Below are positions 12,201 to 24,200 of a stretch of DNA of 64,000 nucleotides, piece after piece. A model generated the notes under the pieces. It did no database searches. It was not told the DNA's origin and saw only the letters and a list, made by a program, of their open reading frames with translations. The position numbers were made by a program, and so were the translations under genes. Source of the DNA: Heterodontus francisci. Its lineage: Eukaryota. Positions within the stretch are counted from its first letter, which is position 1. Each line of letters starts with the position of its first letter. The stretch is from positions 28,434,283-28,498,282 of the forward strand of contig NC_090396.1 of assembly GCF_036365525.1 (NCBI RefSeq). Reading direction: 5' to 3'.

Positions 12201-15200
12201 ACAGGTCATAGAGTCATTACAGCACAAGAGGCACCCATTTGGCCCATCCAGTCCATACTGGAACAAGAATCCTTAATGGGTTTCAAGAAGAAACTGGATA
12301 GGTCAGTATCAACAAATGAGATTCACAGTTAATTAGAAATGTACCAAGGGAATACTATGGAAAGGTGGGCCAGATAGACTGAAGGATTCCTCCTACCTGA
12401 AAGTTACTATCTTACTATGTTTTAAAATAAAAACAACCAAACACTGCAAATGGAAATAAATTTACTTACAATATAATCATTGTCATCATCTTTAGGTCCT
12501 TGGCTAAAATAGACCCTGTAGGCTCTCGATACCTGTTCTATTTGCTCTTGTGACCCAGTTAAACCAATTAACTTTGGAGAAAACTCTAGAGAGAAAGGAT
12601 CCAGAATTTATTTGTATTATGTTACAGTGTGCAATTTTAAAAAAAAACATTTGCATTAAAAGCAAAGGACTGCATTTATACAGCTCCCTTCACATCCGCG
12701 GGATGTCCCAAAGTAATCTGTAGCCAATGCATTAGATTTGAAATGCAGTTACTATTGTGATGCCCCACCTATCTGCTTATAGCAGACTGGAACGAAATGC
12801 ATCCATTTAAAATTTAGAGCAGAAAATGCTGGAAATGCAAAACTGGACTGTTAACATCTGCAAAGAAAAAAGATTGGCTGTTGATGTTTTAGGTCTTAAT
12901 CCATTAGCAGCAAAGACACACTTCTGACCCATCAAGAAATGGTCTTTTCCCTTTAGAGGTATTGACTGATCAATTGTGTTCTTCCAATATTTCCTGTTTT
13001 TTCTTTCAGATTTCAAGCATTCAGTTTTTAAAAAAAATATAAAACTTAAAACTGTTCAGTTTAAGCTTGATATTAGTGGATCATAATGTGATTAACCCAA
13101 AGGTGCTCCTGCAGCTTTACACTAAGTCTTCCTGCATAGTAAGACTACAGTTTCAATAAAAGCTCAATAAAGGAGAAATGGAATTTTCACATGGGTTGCT
13201 ATAGCGACAAAACTGTACACACCGTTCTGGCGCTGAATCAAGAGTTCAGAACCCTAAGCAGATGAGAATCAAGGTTTACCACTTTTACTGTACCAAATCA
13301 CTTCACGTTAACAGGCAATACTTTCACATTCCAGACTCCCAACTGCTCCTATCTGATAGTTTCAACAGCAGAAAATGCATAACAGCTGCAAAAAAACACA
13401 TGCCAACTGCCAAGATTGAGTGACTGAAACCCCCCGCACTAACCCTGTACAGGCAATGAAGACTTTAACGTTACACAGCAAGTTAATTACTTAATCTAAT
13501 GCCTTCTTCCTTTATCATGGATGCAAGGGCTGACCTCCAGAAAGGATTTTTCAAAGAAGTTAGTCAGATAAGAAGAAAAAATATACTGCAAATTGTACCA
13601 GTGCACAGATCAGGCAGCATCTGTAAAAGAGAAAGGGTTTGACCGGAAACATTAACTTTCTTTCTCCTTGTTAACTGATCTGTTATGTAACTCCAAAATG
13701 TTCTACTTTTTTAAAAATTAGCCAACCTACCTTGGACGTATCTTGCCATGGCCTCAACATTATCTCGGTCTGGATCAATTGTGATCAAAAGCGGTGTCAG
13801 GTTTGGCAATGAGGGGATTTTGTCTGTAACAGGAAGTATGACAGCAATAATAAGATCACTCTAAACTAAACAGAGACACCTAACTATTGCAACATTGTGC
13901 ATTTCAAATGTGTGGTTGCACTAGACAAGCTACAATGACTCCCTACAGTTCCTCAATACATGTAGAACTAAGTAATCTAACAGCCCCTACACCAGCTCCT
14001 GTACTCAAAACAACTTTGTGTACAAACATATAGATTCTGTTCCATTTAAATCAATTGTATATAATGACAATAGAAGATTGGAATATACCAACACTTTTTC
14101 CTAACAGGTAATAACTATATTTCTGTATTTTATTACTGATATGTTTAGATTTGAATAAAATTGGAAATTGCATTTTTTGTTAACTCAACCTCCTCCTGTT
14201 TGGTTCTCCTATAAGCTAGTGCATAAACTACATTGCTGTGATTCCACAGTTATCACTAATCATGTTTATTACATTATGTCCACAAATTGTACAAATTCCT
14301 AAACCCAAAACTTAACTCTTGATCCAAATCAATACTTTCATCTTACATTTTATTCGAAAGCAAAGCTTCACACCCGCAGTGGTTAGCACTGCAGCCTCAC
14401 AGCTCCAGGGACCCGGGTTCGATTCTGGGTACTGCCTGTGCGGAGTTTGCAAGTTCTCCCTGTGACCGCGTGGGTTTTCGCCGGGTGCTCCGGTTTCCTC
14501 CCACAGCCAAAGACTTGCAGGTTGATAGGTAAATTGGCCATTGTAAATTGCCCCTAGTGTAGGTAGGTGGTAGGGAATATGGGATTACTGTAGGGTTAGT
14601 ATAAATGGGTGGTTGTTGGTCGGCACAGACCCGGTGGGCCGAAGGGCCTGTTTCAGTGCTGTATCTCTAAAAAAAAAGAAATCTTCACTCAACCACCTAA
14701 GTACAGTTACTCTTCGTGTTGTTTTCATGGTACTAATAGAGCCTTAAAGCACTACAGCTACTACACAACTGTTTTTTAACCTACAGGCAAAGAAACCCAA
14801 GGAACCCATCACTTATTTAAAAAGCAAAATTCTCCCCCATATAATACAAATAGCTGCGCTTGGCACAAAGGTCATTTTTGGTAATGCACAACTTATGTTT
14901 TCACGTGGCTGACCAAAAATGAGCTTCTGTCCATAACTAACCTGAAACTAACTGGTGACCAAAAGCAGTTAGTGATGTGGCTACACAAAGTACACTTTTA
15001 CTAAAATAACCAATCAACCAAAAGCCAAATAAATCTTCCCCTTTTTTTTTGGGGCACAACTAATAAAAAAACTTAACCATAAAAGGAAAAGGAAACTTAT
15101 CAAACTAAATAATAACATGTTTCTGGACATCCACGACATAACTCCAGTACCTGCGGTGCTCAATGGTCACGAAAGACAAAGTAAGTGGCACTGAAATTGA

Positions 15201-18200
15201 CTTCCCAATCAAAACTTGCAATTCCCTCATAGCTCCGACCCAGATGTGGGTGCCCTGAAGCTTGAACATACAACTGTCAACATTGCAATGTAGGCAACAA
15301 GCTGCAACAACTATTAGTGCCACCTGATGCTGATAGCTAGAATTGCTATGAAAATACTATGAAGTGTAATATCATAACACAATGTGGATTCTAACAGCAA
15401 TACAAGTTCAGTAAGGCACCCCTTTAATCAGCTTATTCCTGAACTGCATTTTAAATGATGACATCTTCAACTGTTTTACTGAATTCATATTAATGACTCT
15501 ATGACTCTATGCAGAGTTTAACAGCTCAGAAGGATGCCATTCGGCCCATTGACAGCATGCCGCTCTCCACGGAGCTATGCAGTCAGTCTCACTCCCCGAT
15601 AGAGTCACAGAGATATAATATAAATCAAAAGCAAACAAATTATGTAGTTAACCTTCACTACAATAGCTACTTGGGAATGTACTGTTCACTGTGCTAGAGT
15701 GAGGTAAACAATAGAATGAGGACACACTAAAAAATGGTTTTTCGAGGGAAGTACTCCTTTTTTTTTATTCTTTCATGGGAATGTGAACATCGCTGGCAGG
15801 CCAGCATTTGTTGCCATCCTTAATTGCCCTTGCGAAGGTGGTGGTGAGCTGCCTTCTTGAACCACTGCAGTCCATTTGGTGTAGGTACACCCACAGTGCT
15901 GTTTGGAAGAGAGTTCTAGGATTTTGACCCAGTGGCAGTGAAGGAACAGCGATTTAGGATGATGTCCTACTTGGAGGGGAACTTGCAGATAGTAGTATTC
16001 CCATATGTCTGCTGCCCTTGTCCTTCTATATGCTAGGCGTTGCAGATTTGGAAGGTGCTGTCGAAGGAGGCTTGGCAAGTTGCTGTAGTGCATCTTGTAG
16101 ATGGTACACACTGCTGCTGCTGTGCGCCGGTGGTGAAGGGAGTGAATGTTTAAGGTGGTGGATGGGATGCCGATCAAGTGGGCTGCTTTGTCTTGGATGG
16201 CGTCAAGCTTCTTGATTGTTGTTGGAGCTGCACTCATCCAGGCAAGTGGAGAATATTCCATCACACTCCTGACTTATGCCTTGTAGATGGTGGACAGGCT
16301 TTGGGGAGTCAGGAGATGAGTTACTCGCTGCAGAATTCCCAGCCTCTGACCTGCTTTTGTAGCAATAATACTTTTATGGCTGGTCCAGTTCAGTTTCTGG
16401 TCAATGGCAACCCCAGGATGTTGATGGCAGGGGATTCAGTGATGATAATGTTGTTGACTGTTAAGGGGAGATAGACAGACTCTCTCTTGTTGGAGATGGT
16501 CATTGCCTGGCACTTGTGTGGCACGAATGTAACTTGCCACTTATCAGCCCAGGCCTGAATGTTGTCCAGGTTTTACTGCATGTGAACATGGACTGCTTCA
16601 GTATCTGAGGAGTCACGACTAGCACTGAAAACTGTGCAATCATCAGTGAACATCCCCACTTCTGAGCTTATGATGGAGGGAAGGTTATTGATGAAGCAGC
16701 TCAAGATGGTTGGGCCTAGGACACTACCCTGAGAAATTCCTGCAGCGATGTCCTGGGGCTTGGATGTTTGGTCTCTAACAACCATAACCATCATCCTTTG
16801 TACTAGGTATGACTCCAACCCGTGGAGAGTTTCCCCTGATTCCCATTGACTTCAGTTTTGCTAGGATGTTGATGCCATACTCGGTCAAATGCGGCCTTGA
16901 TGTCAAGTGCAGTCACTCTCACATCACCTCTGGAGTTCAGCTCTTTTGTTCAGGTTGGACCAAGGCTGTAATGAGGTCTGGAGCCATGTGGTCCTGGCGG
17001 AACCCAAAGTGAACACTGGTGAGCAGGTTATTGCTGTGTAAGTGCCGCTTGGCTGCGCTGTCGACACTTTCCACTGTCACCATCACTTGAGGCTCAACGT
17101 TCCCTTATTTAGCCTTCAGAAGACCTGCTGCTCAATGTTTCTCTAGACCTCCATTCACATCCCCCCAACAGAGACACAGTGGGAGAGAATGTGGCCTTCA
17201 AGAAAAAGTTATGAAGAACCCTGTACTACAAGACAGAGGGGAATGCACCAAAATATCACCCTGTATAAACTCCTGTGAACTATACTATTATTCATAGATC
17301 TACACTGTAGCAGTGTAAACCTGAAATGGTATTTTAATGTTAGTTCACACATGAAAGACACATTTAAATCTATCCCATATCCCATTGATGCACTACAGAT
17401 CAGTTAGTTTTTAAGTTATATCAATTTTAACAGCAACCCCTCTGTATGTTTTCTGGTGCATATTTTCAATCACCACGCACAGCATCCGTTGCTGAAATTT
17501 TTACCTATTTCATCTACGACAGCAATCATTTTTTCCAGTTCTTCAGGACAGATGTCTGGACAGTGTGTGAACCCAAAATAAATCAAGACCCACTGTCCAT
17601 GGTAGTCTTTGTCCGTCTTGGGCTGTCGTGTATGATCAATGAGTGAAAAGGGTCCTCCAAGTGCTGCCTTTCCAATACTTCGGGTCCGCTCCTTCTCAAT
17701 CTCTAAACAAAAGTCAATTAAAAAAAAAGATTGACACCATATCAGACAAGCACACCATGTATATCCCACAGCTTTAAACAAATTTTTAGGAATTGTTTTC
17801 TATGCTCTCAAATATACATACACATATGTATCTCCATTATAGATCTCAAAATAATGTATGTTGGGAACAAATGCACTTATTAGAAAACAGAACACTGACA
17901 TTGTAGGTGATCTTCAGTACATGTCAACCATTCTGTTCACCTTTTGTCAAATATCTTCTACACAAAACAAAAACTGATGCTAATAAGTGTGACAAGGAGC
18001 AGTCGCAGAGGCAATTTGACACTCTAAGACAAGTAGAAAACAAAGTGAAGCTTTATAAGTTGTGTGTGCTTAGGTCTCCCACATTGTCATGAATAGAACT
18101 TCTGTAGATGGGAAGCATTTCCCTGCCAGGAGGGAGGGAGGCCCAGCCCAGTTCCTCTGGGTAGTGTCCTAGGCCCAACCATCTTCAGCTGCTTCATCAA

Positions 18201-21200
18201 TGACCTTCCCTCCATCATAAGGTCAGAAGTGGGGATGTTCGCTGATGATTGCACAATGTTCAACACCATTCACGACTCCTCAGATACTGAAGCAGTCCAT
18301 GTCCACATGCAGCAAGACCTGGACAACATCCAGGCAAGGGGTGATAAGTGGTAAGTAACAATCGCGCCACACAAGTGCCAGGCATCTCCAACAAGAGAGA
18401 ATCTAACCATCACCCCTTGACGTTCAATGGCTTTACCATGGCCGAATCCCCCACTATCAACATCCTTAGGGTTACCGTTGATCAGACACTGAACTGGACC
18501 AGCCATATAAGTATTATGGTTACAAGAGCAGGTCAGAGGCCGGGAATTCTGCAGCGAGTAACTCACCTCCTGACTCCCCAATGTCGGTCCACCATCTACA
18601 AGGCACATGTCAGGAGTGTGATGGAATACTCTCCACTTGTCTGGATGGGTACAGCTCCAACAACATTCAAGAAGCTCGACACCATCCAAGACAAAGCAGC
18701 CCGCTTGACTGGCACCCCATTTACCACCTTCAACATCCACTCCCTCCACCACCGGCGCACAGTGGCAGCAGTATGTACCATATACAAGATGCACTGCTGC
18801 AATTCATAAAGGCTCCTTCGACAGCACCTTCCAAGCCCGTGACCTCTACCACCTAGAAGGACAAGGGCAGCAGACATATAGGAACACCACCACCTGCAAA
18901 CTCCCCTCCAAGCCACATATCATCCTGTCTTGGAACTATATCGCCGTTCCTTCACTGTCGCTGGATCAAAATCCTGGAACTCCCTTCCTAACCGCACTGT
19001 GGGTGTACCAACCCCACTGGACTGCAGTGATTCAAGAAGGCAGCTCACCACCACCTTCTCAAGGGCAATTAGGGATGGGCAATAAATGCTGGCCTAGCCA
19101 GCGACGCCCACATCCCACGAACGAATAAAATTAAACTATCACTCTCCACCTAGCATTCAATGGCTTCTGTGCAGACTTGAGTTCAGGTGGCTTCGTGGCT
19201 TCCCACCATCTCAGTGCCAGATGATGTATGGTGCAGGGAAACTACAAGGAGGCGTGGCCGCTAGGTGACGTATCCTGAAAATGCCAGTTTGTCCGCTGAA
19301 GATACCAAGCTCTAGCTCACCAGGAACTCTCTCAACCCCTCCACTGTCTCTAAATTGTCACAATGTTGGCCAACATCTAATACTGGATGAGCAGAAATTT
19401 CCTCCAACTAAATATTGGAAAGACCGAAGCGATTGTCTTTGGTCCCCACCACAAATTCCATTCCTCAGCCACCACCTCCATCCCTCTCCCTGGCAACCTT
19501 GGTGTCATACTTGACCCAAAGATGAGCAACTAACCACATGTCCACACCATCACTGAGACTGCCTATTCCCACCTCCGTAACATTGCCCGACTCCACACAT
19601 GCTTCAGCTCAACTGCTGCTGAAACCCTCATTCATGTCTTTGTTACCTCTGGACTCGATTGTTTCAACACATTCCAGATCGGTCTGACATTTTCCACCCT
19701 CTCTAAGCTTAAGTTCACCCAAAACTCTGCTGCTCATATCCTAACTCGCACCAGGTCCCATTCCCTGATCACCCCTTAGCTCACTGACCTCATTGGCTCC
19801 TGGAAAACAATGCCTTGATTTTAAAATTTTCAAATCACTCCATGGCTTGACCCTCCCCATCTCTGAATTCACCTCCAGCTGTCCAACCCCCCTGCAATTT
19901 GGCCCTTTTGCACACCCCAAATTTTAAATTGCTCCACCACTGGCAGCCAAGCCTTCAACTGCTGAGGCCCTAACCTCTGGAACTCCCTTCCTAAACCTCC
20001 CTATCTCTCTTTCTGCTGTTAAGACACTCCTTAAAATCTACCTCTTTGACCATGCTTTTGGTCATCTGCATTAATATCTCATGTGGCTCTGTGTCAGATT
20101 TTGTTAGATAATGCTCCTTGGGACCTGTGTTCCTGCTAAGCTGCACAGGTGCATGGTCACACAGTAGGTTGAAAGGTAGCACGCTGGCCTCATTCTGTGA
20201 GAAATAACCCATGTGCACGGCCGTGAAAATAAATTTAAAGGGACTGCGTACTGAAAAAACGGGCCGCAGAAAAGAACCAAACTTAAAGGAAGCATTGCTT
20301 CGGACTACAATGTTAAAGCGACAATATAAATGCAAGATGTTGTTGAGAATAATCATGGTAATTTTAAAGTGGCATATTAACCTGTAAATACAATATCCAT
20401 TCCTGTATTTTACTGGTATGCACTGACTCAAACAGTACCAAATGCTTCCTCCAAGCAGAAAGGATTCTATTGACCCTCCAGCACAAACAATAGTAAGTCT
20501 TTACAATAAACTGAAGAACAGACCATAATACAAAAGCAAAATACTGTGGAAACTGGAAATCTGGAGTGAACACAGAAAATGCTGGAAATACTCAGCAGGT
20601 CTGGCAGCATCTGTGGAGAGAGAAACAGAGTTAATGTTACAGGTCTGTGATCTTTCATCTGTTTCTCTCTCCACAGATGCTGCAGACCTGCTGAGTATAT
20701 CCAGCAATTTCTGTTTCTGTAAAAAGAACAGACTGTGTTTCTCTAGAAAGAAAGAAAAACGTGCATTTATGTTGTGCCTTTCACAACCACAGGACGTCCA
20801 AAGTGCTTTACAACCAATGAAGTACTTTTGAAGTGCAGTGTCTGTTGTAATGTGGGAAACACAGCAGCAAATTTGCACCCAGCAAACTCCCACAAGTAGT
20901 AATGTGATAACGACCCGATAATCTGCTTTAGTGATGTTAATCGAAGGATAAATATTGCCCAGAATGTCAGGCATAACTTCCCTGCTCTTCTTCGAAACAA
21001 TGCCATGGGATCTTCTACATCCAGGTGCCTCAGTTTTACATCTCATCCAAAAGACAGCAACCGCCAACAGTGCAGTAGAGGCATGCTACCTGACCCGAAC
21101 CCGACAGGGTTCAGGTCGGGTGGGGCCCATGTTCCGGGGCCAGCTTTCGGGCTTGGGTTGGGTCGGGCCGAGTCCAGGTCAAGTCGAGTCGGGTCGGGCC

Positions 21201-24200
21201 GGACACACACGGTAAGTGCTCTGCCGGTAAGTATTAAAACATTTTTTAAAAACTTACCTGAGCTGGGAGTCGGGACGAAATGGAGTCTGCGCAGTGAGAA
21301 AGTGACGTCACTATGACGTCAACGCGCATGCAATGCGGCTTCTTGCAGGTAGGATGTCAGGAAGGTAAGTAATGGGATGGTCGGGTCGGGTCGAGTAGTG
21401 GCGGGTTCGGGTCGGGTCGGGCTCGGGGCAAAATCAGAGGGACTCGGGCCAGGTCCGCTGTGGTTCAGTCGGGATCGGGTCAGGTTCTTTCTCCTGACCT
21501 AAAGCAGGCCTCTTTAGTGCAGCAATCACTCAGTGCTGCACTGGAGTCTCAGCCTTACTTTTGTGCTGAAATCCTGGAGCAGGGCTTGAATCCACAGAGG
21601 CAGGAGTGCTACCAGCTGAGCTACAGCTGACATTGCAATACCTTAATTTACAAATCAACTCACAGTTGAGCAGATTTGTGACTAAAGTGGTTATTTCACA
21701 ATTTGCTCCTCATACTGCTTTAAAACTTTGAAAAGTCCTTTAGATAGGAACATAGGAACAGGAGTAGGCCATTTTGCCCCTTGAGCCTGTTTTTGTTTTA
21801 TTCTTTCATGGAATGTGGGCATCACTAGCAAGGCCAGCATTTATTGCCCATCCCTAATTGCCCTTGAGAAGGTGGTGGTCAGCTGCCTTCTTGAGCCGCT
21901 GCAGTCCATGTGCAGTAGGTACACCCAAGATGCTGTTAGGAAGAGAGTTCCAGGATTTTGACCCAGCGATACTGAAGGAATGGCGATATAGTTCCAAGTC
22001 AGGATGGCGTGTGGCTTGGAGGGGAACTTGCAGGTGGTGGTGTTCCCATGCATTTGCTGTCCTTGTCCCTTTAGGTGGCAGAGGTCGTGGGTTTGGAAGG
22101 TGCTGTCTAAGGAGCCTTGGTGCGTTGCTGCAGTGCATCTTGTAGGTGGTACACACTGCTGCCACTGTGCATCGGTGGTGGAAGTATGAATGTTGTGGAT
22201 GGGATGCCAATCAAGCGGGCTGCTTTGTCCTGGATGATGTCGAGCTTCTTGAGTGTTGTTGGAGCTGCACCCATCCAGGCAAATGGAGAGTATTCCATCA
22301 CACTCCTGACTTGTGCCGTGTAGATGGTGGACAGGCTTTGGGGAGTCAGAAGGTGAGTGACTCACCGCAGGATTCCTAGCCTCTGACCTGTTCTTATAGC
22401 CACGGTATTTATATGACTTCTCCAGTTCAGTTTCTGGTCAATGGTAACCCCCAGGATGTTGATAGTGGGGGATTCAGTGAAGGTAATGCCATTGAATGTG
22501 AAGGGGAGATGGTTAGCTTCTCTCTTGTTGGAGATGGTCATTGCCTGGCACTTGTGTGGCACGAATGTTACTTGTCACTTATCAGCCCAAGCCTGGATAT
22601 TGTCGAGGTCTTGCTGCATTTCTACATGGACTGCTTCAGTATCTGAGGAGTTGCGAATGGTGCTGAACATGGTGGAATCATCAGCGAACATCCCCACTAC
22701 TGACCTTATGACTGAAGGAAGGTCATTGATGAAGCAGCTAAAGATGGTTGGACCTAGGACACTACCCTGAGGAACTCCTGCAGTGACGTTCTGGAGCTGA
22801 GATGATTGACCTCCAACAACCACAATCATCTTCCTTTGTGCTAGGTATGACTCCAACCAGCGGAGAGTTTTCCCCCTGATTCCCATTGACTTCAGTTTTG
22901 CTCGGGCTCCTTGATGCCATACTTGGTCAAATGCTGCCTTGATGTCAAGGGCAGTCACTCTCACCTCACCTCTTGAGTTCAGCTCTTTTGTCCATGTTTG
23001 AACCAAGGCTGTAATGAGGTCAGGAGCTGAGTGGCCCTGGCGGAACCCAAACTGAGCGTCACTGAGCAGGTTATTGCTAAGCAAATGCCACTTGATAGCA
23101 CTGTTGATGACACCTTCCATCACTTTACCGATGATTGAGACTACATTGATGGGGCAGTAATTTGCCAGGTTGGACTTGTCCTGCTTTTTGTGTACAGGAC
23201 ATACCTGGGCAATTTTCCACATTGCCGGGTAGATGTCAGTGTTGTAGCTGAACTCGAACAGCTTGGCTAAGGACGTGGCAAGTTCTGGAGCACAGGTCTT
23301 CAGTACTATTGCGGTAATATTGTCAGGACCCATAGCTTTTTCAGTATCCAGTGCCTTCAGTCATTTCTTGATATCACAAGGAGTGAGTCAAATTGGCTGA
23401 AGTCTGGCATCTGTGATGCTGGGGACTTCAGGAGGAGGTCGAGATGGATCATCAACTCGGCACTTCTGGCTGAAGATTGTTGCAAATGCTTCAAACTTAT
23501 CTGTTGCACTGATGTGCTGGCTCCCCCATCATTGAGGATGGGGATATTTGTGGAGCCACCTCCTCCAGTTAGTTGTTTAATTGTCCACCACCATTCACGG
23601 CTGGGCGTGGCAGGACTGCAGAGCATAGATCTGATCCGTTGCTTATGGGTTTGCTGAACTCTGTCTATCGCATTCTGTTTACGCAGTTTGACATGCAAGT
23701 AGTCCTGGGTTGTAGCTTCACCAGGTTGACACCTTATTTTGAGGTATGCCTGGTGCTGCTCCTGGCATGCCCTCCTGCACTCTTTATTGAACCAGGGTTG
23801 GTCTCCTGGCTTTGATGGTAATGGTAGAGTGGGGGATATGCTGGGCCATGAGGTTACAGATTGTGGTTGAATACAATTGTGCTGCTGCTGATGGCCCACA
23901 TCGCCTCATGAATGCCCAGTTTTGCATTGCTAAATCTGTTCGAAATCTATCCCATTTAGCATGGTGATAGTGCCACACAACACGATGGAGGGTCCTCAAT
24001 GTGAAGGCTGGACTTTGTCTCCATAAGGACTGTGCGGTGGTCACTCCTACCAATACTGTCATGGACAGATGCATCTGCAGCAGGCAGATTGGTGAGGACG
24101 AGGTCAAGTATTTTTTTCCCTCTTGTTGGTTCCGTCACCACCTGCCGCAGACCCAGTCTAGCAGCTGAGTTCTTTAGGACTCAGCCAGCTCAGTCAGTAG

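Larger units (their letters stand above)
7440..12420 (+). mobile_element. Old, degenerate CR1 ORF2/3' end interrupted by a SINE, an RTE and a younger CR1
   Basis: Decayed CR1 motifs ([38 protein letters not shown]) resume exactly across the inserts at 7703-8023, 8697-10699 and ~11170-11945. Confidence 0.7.
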
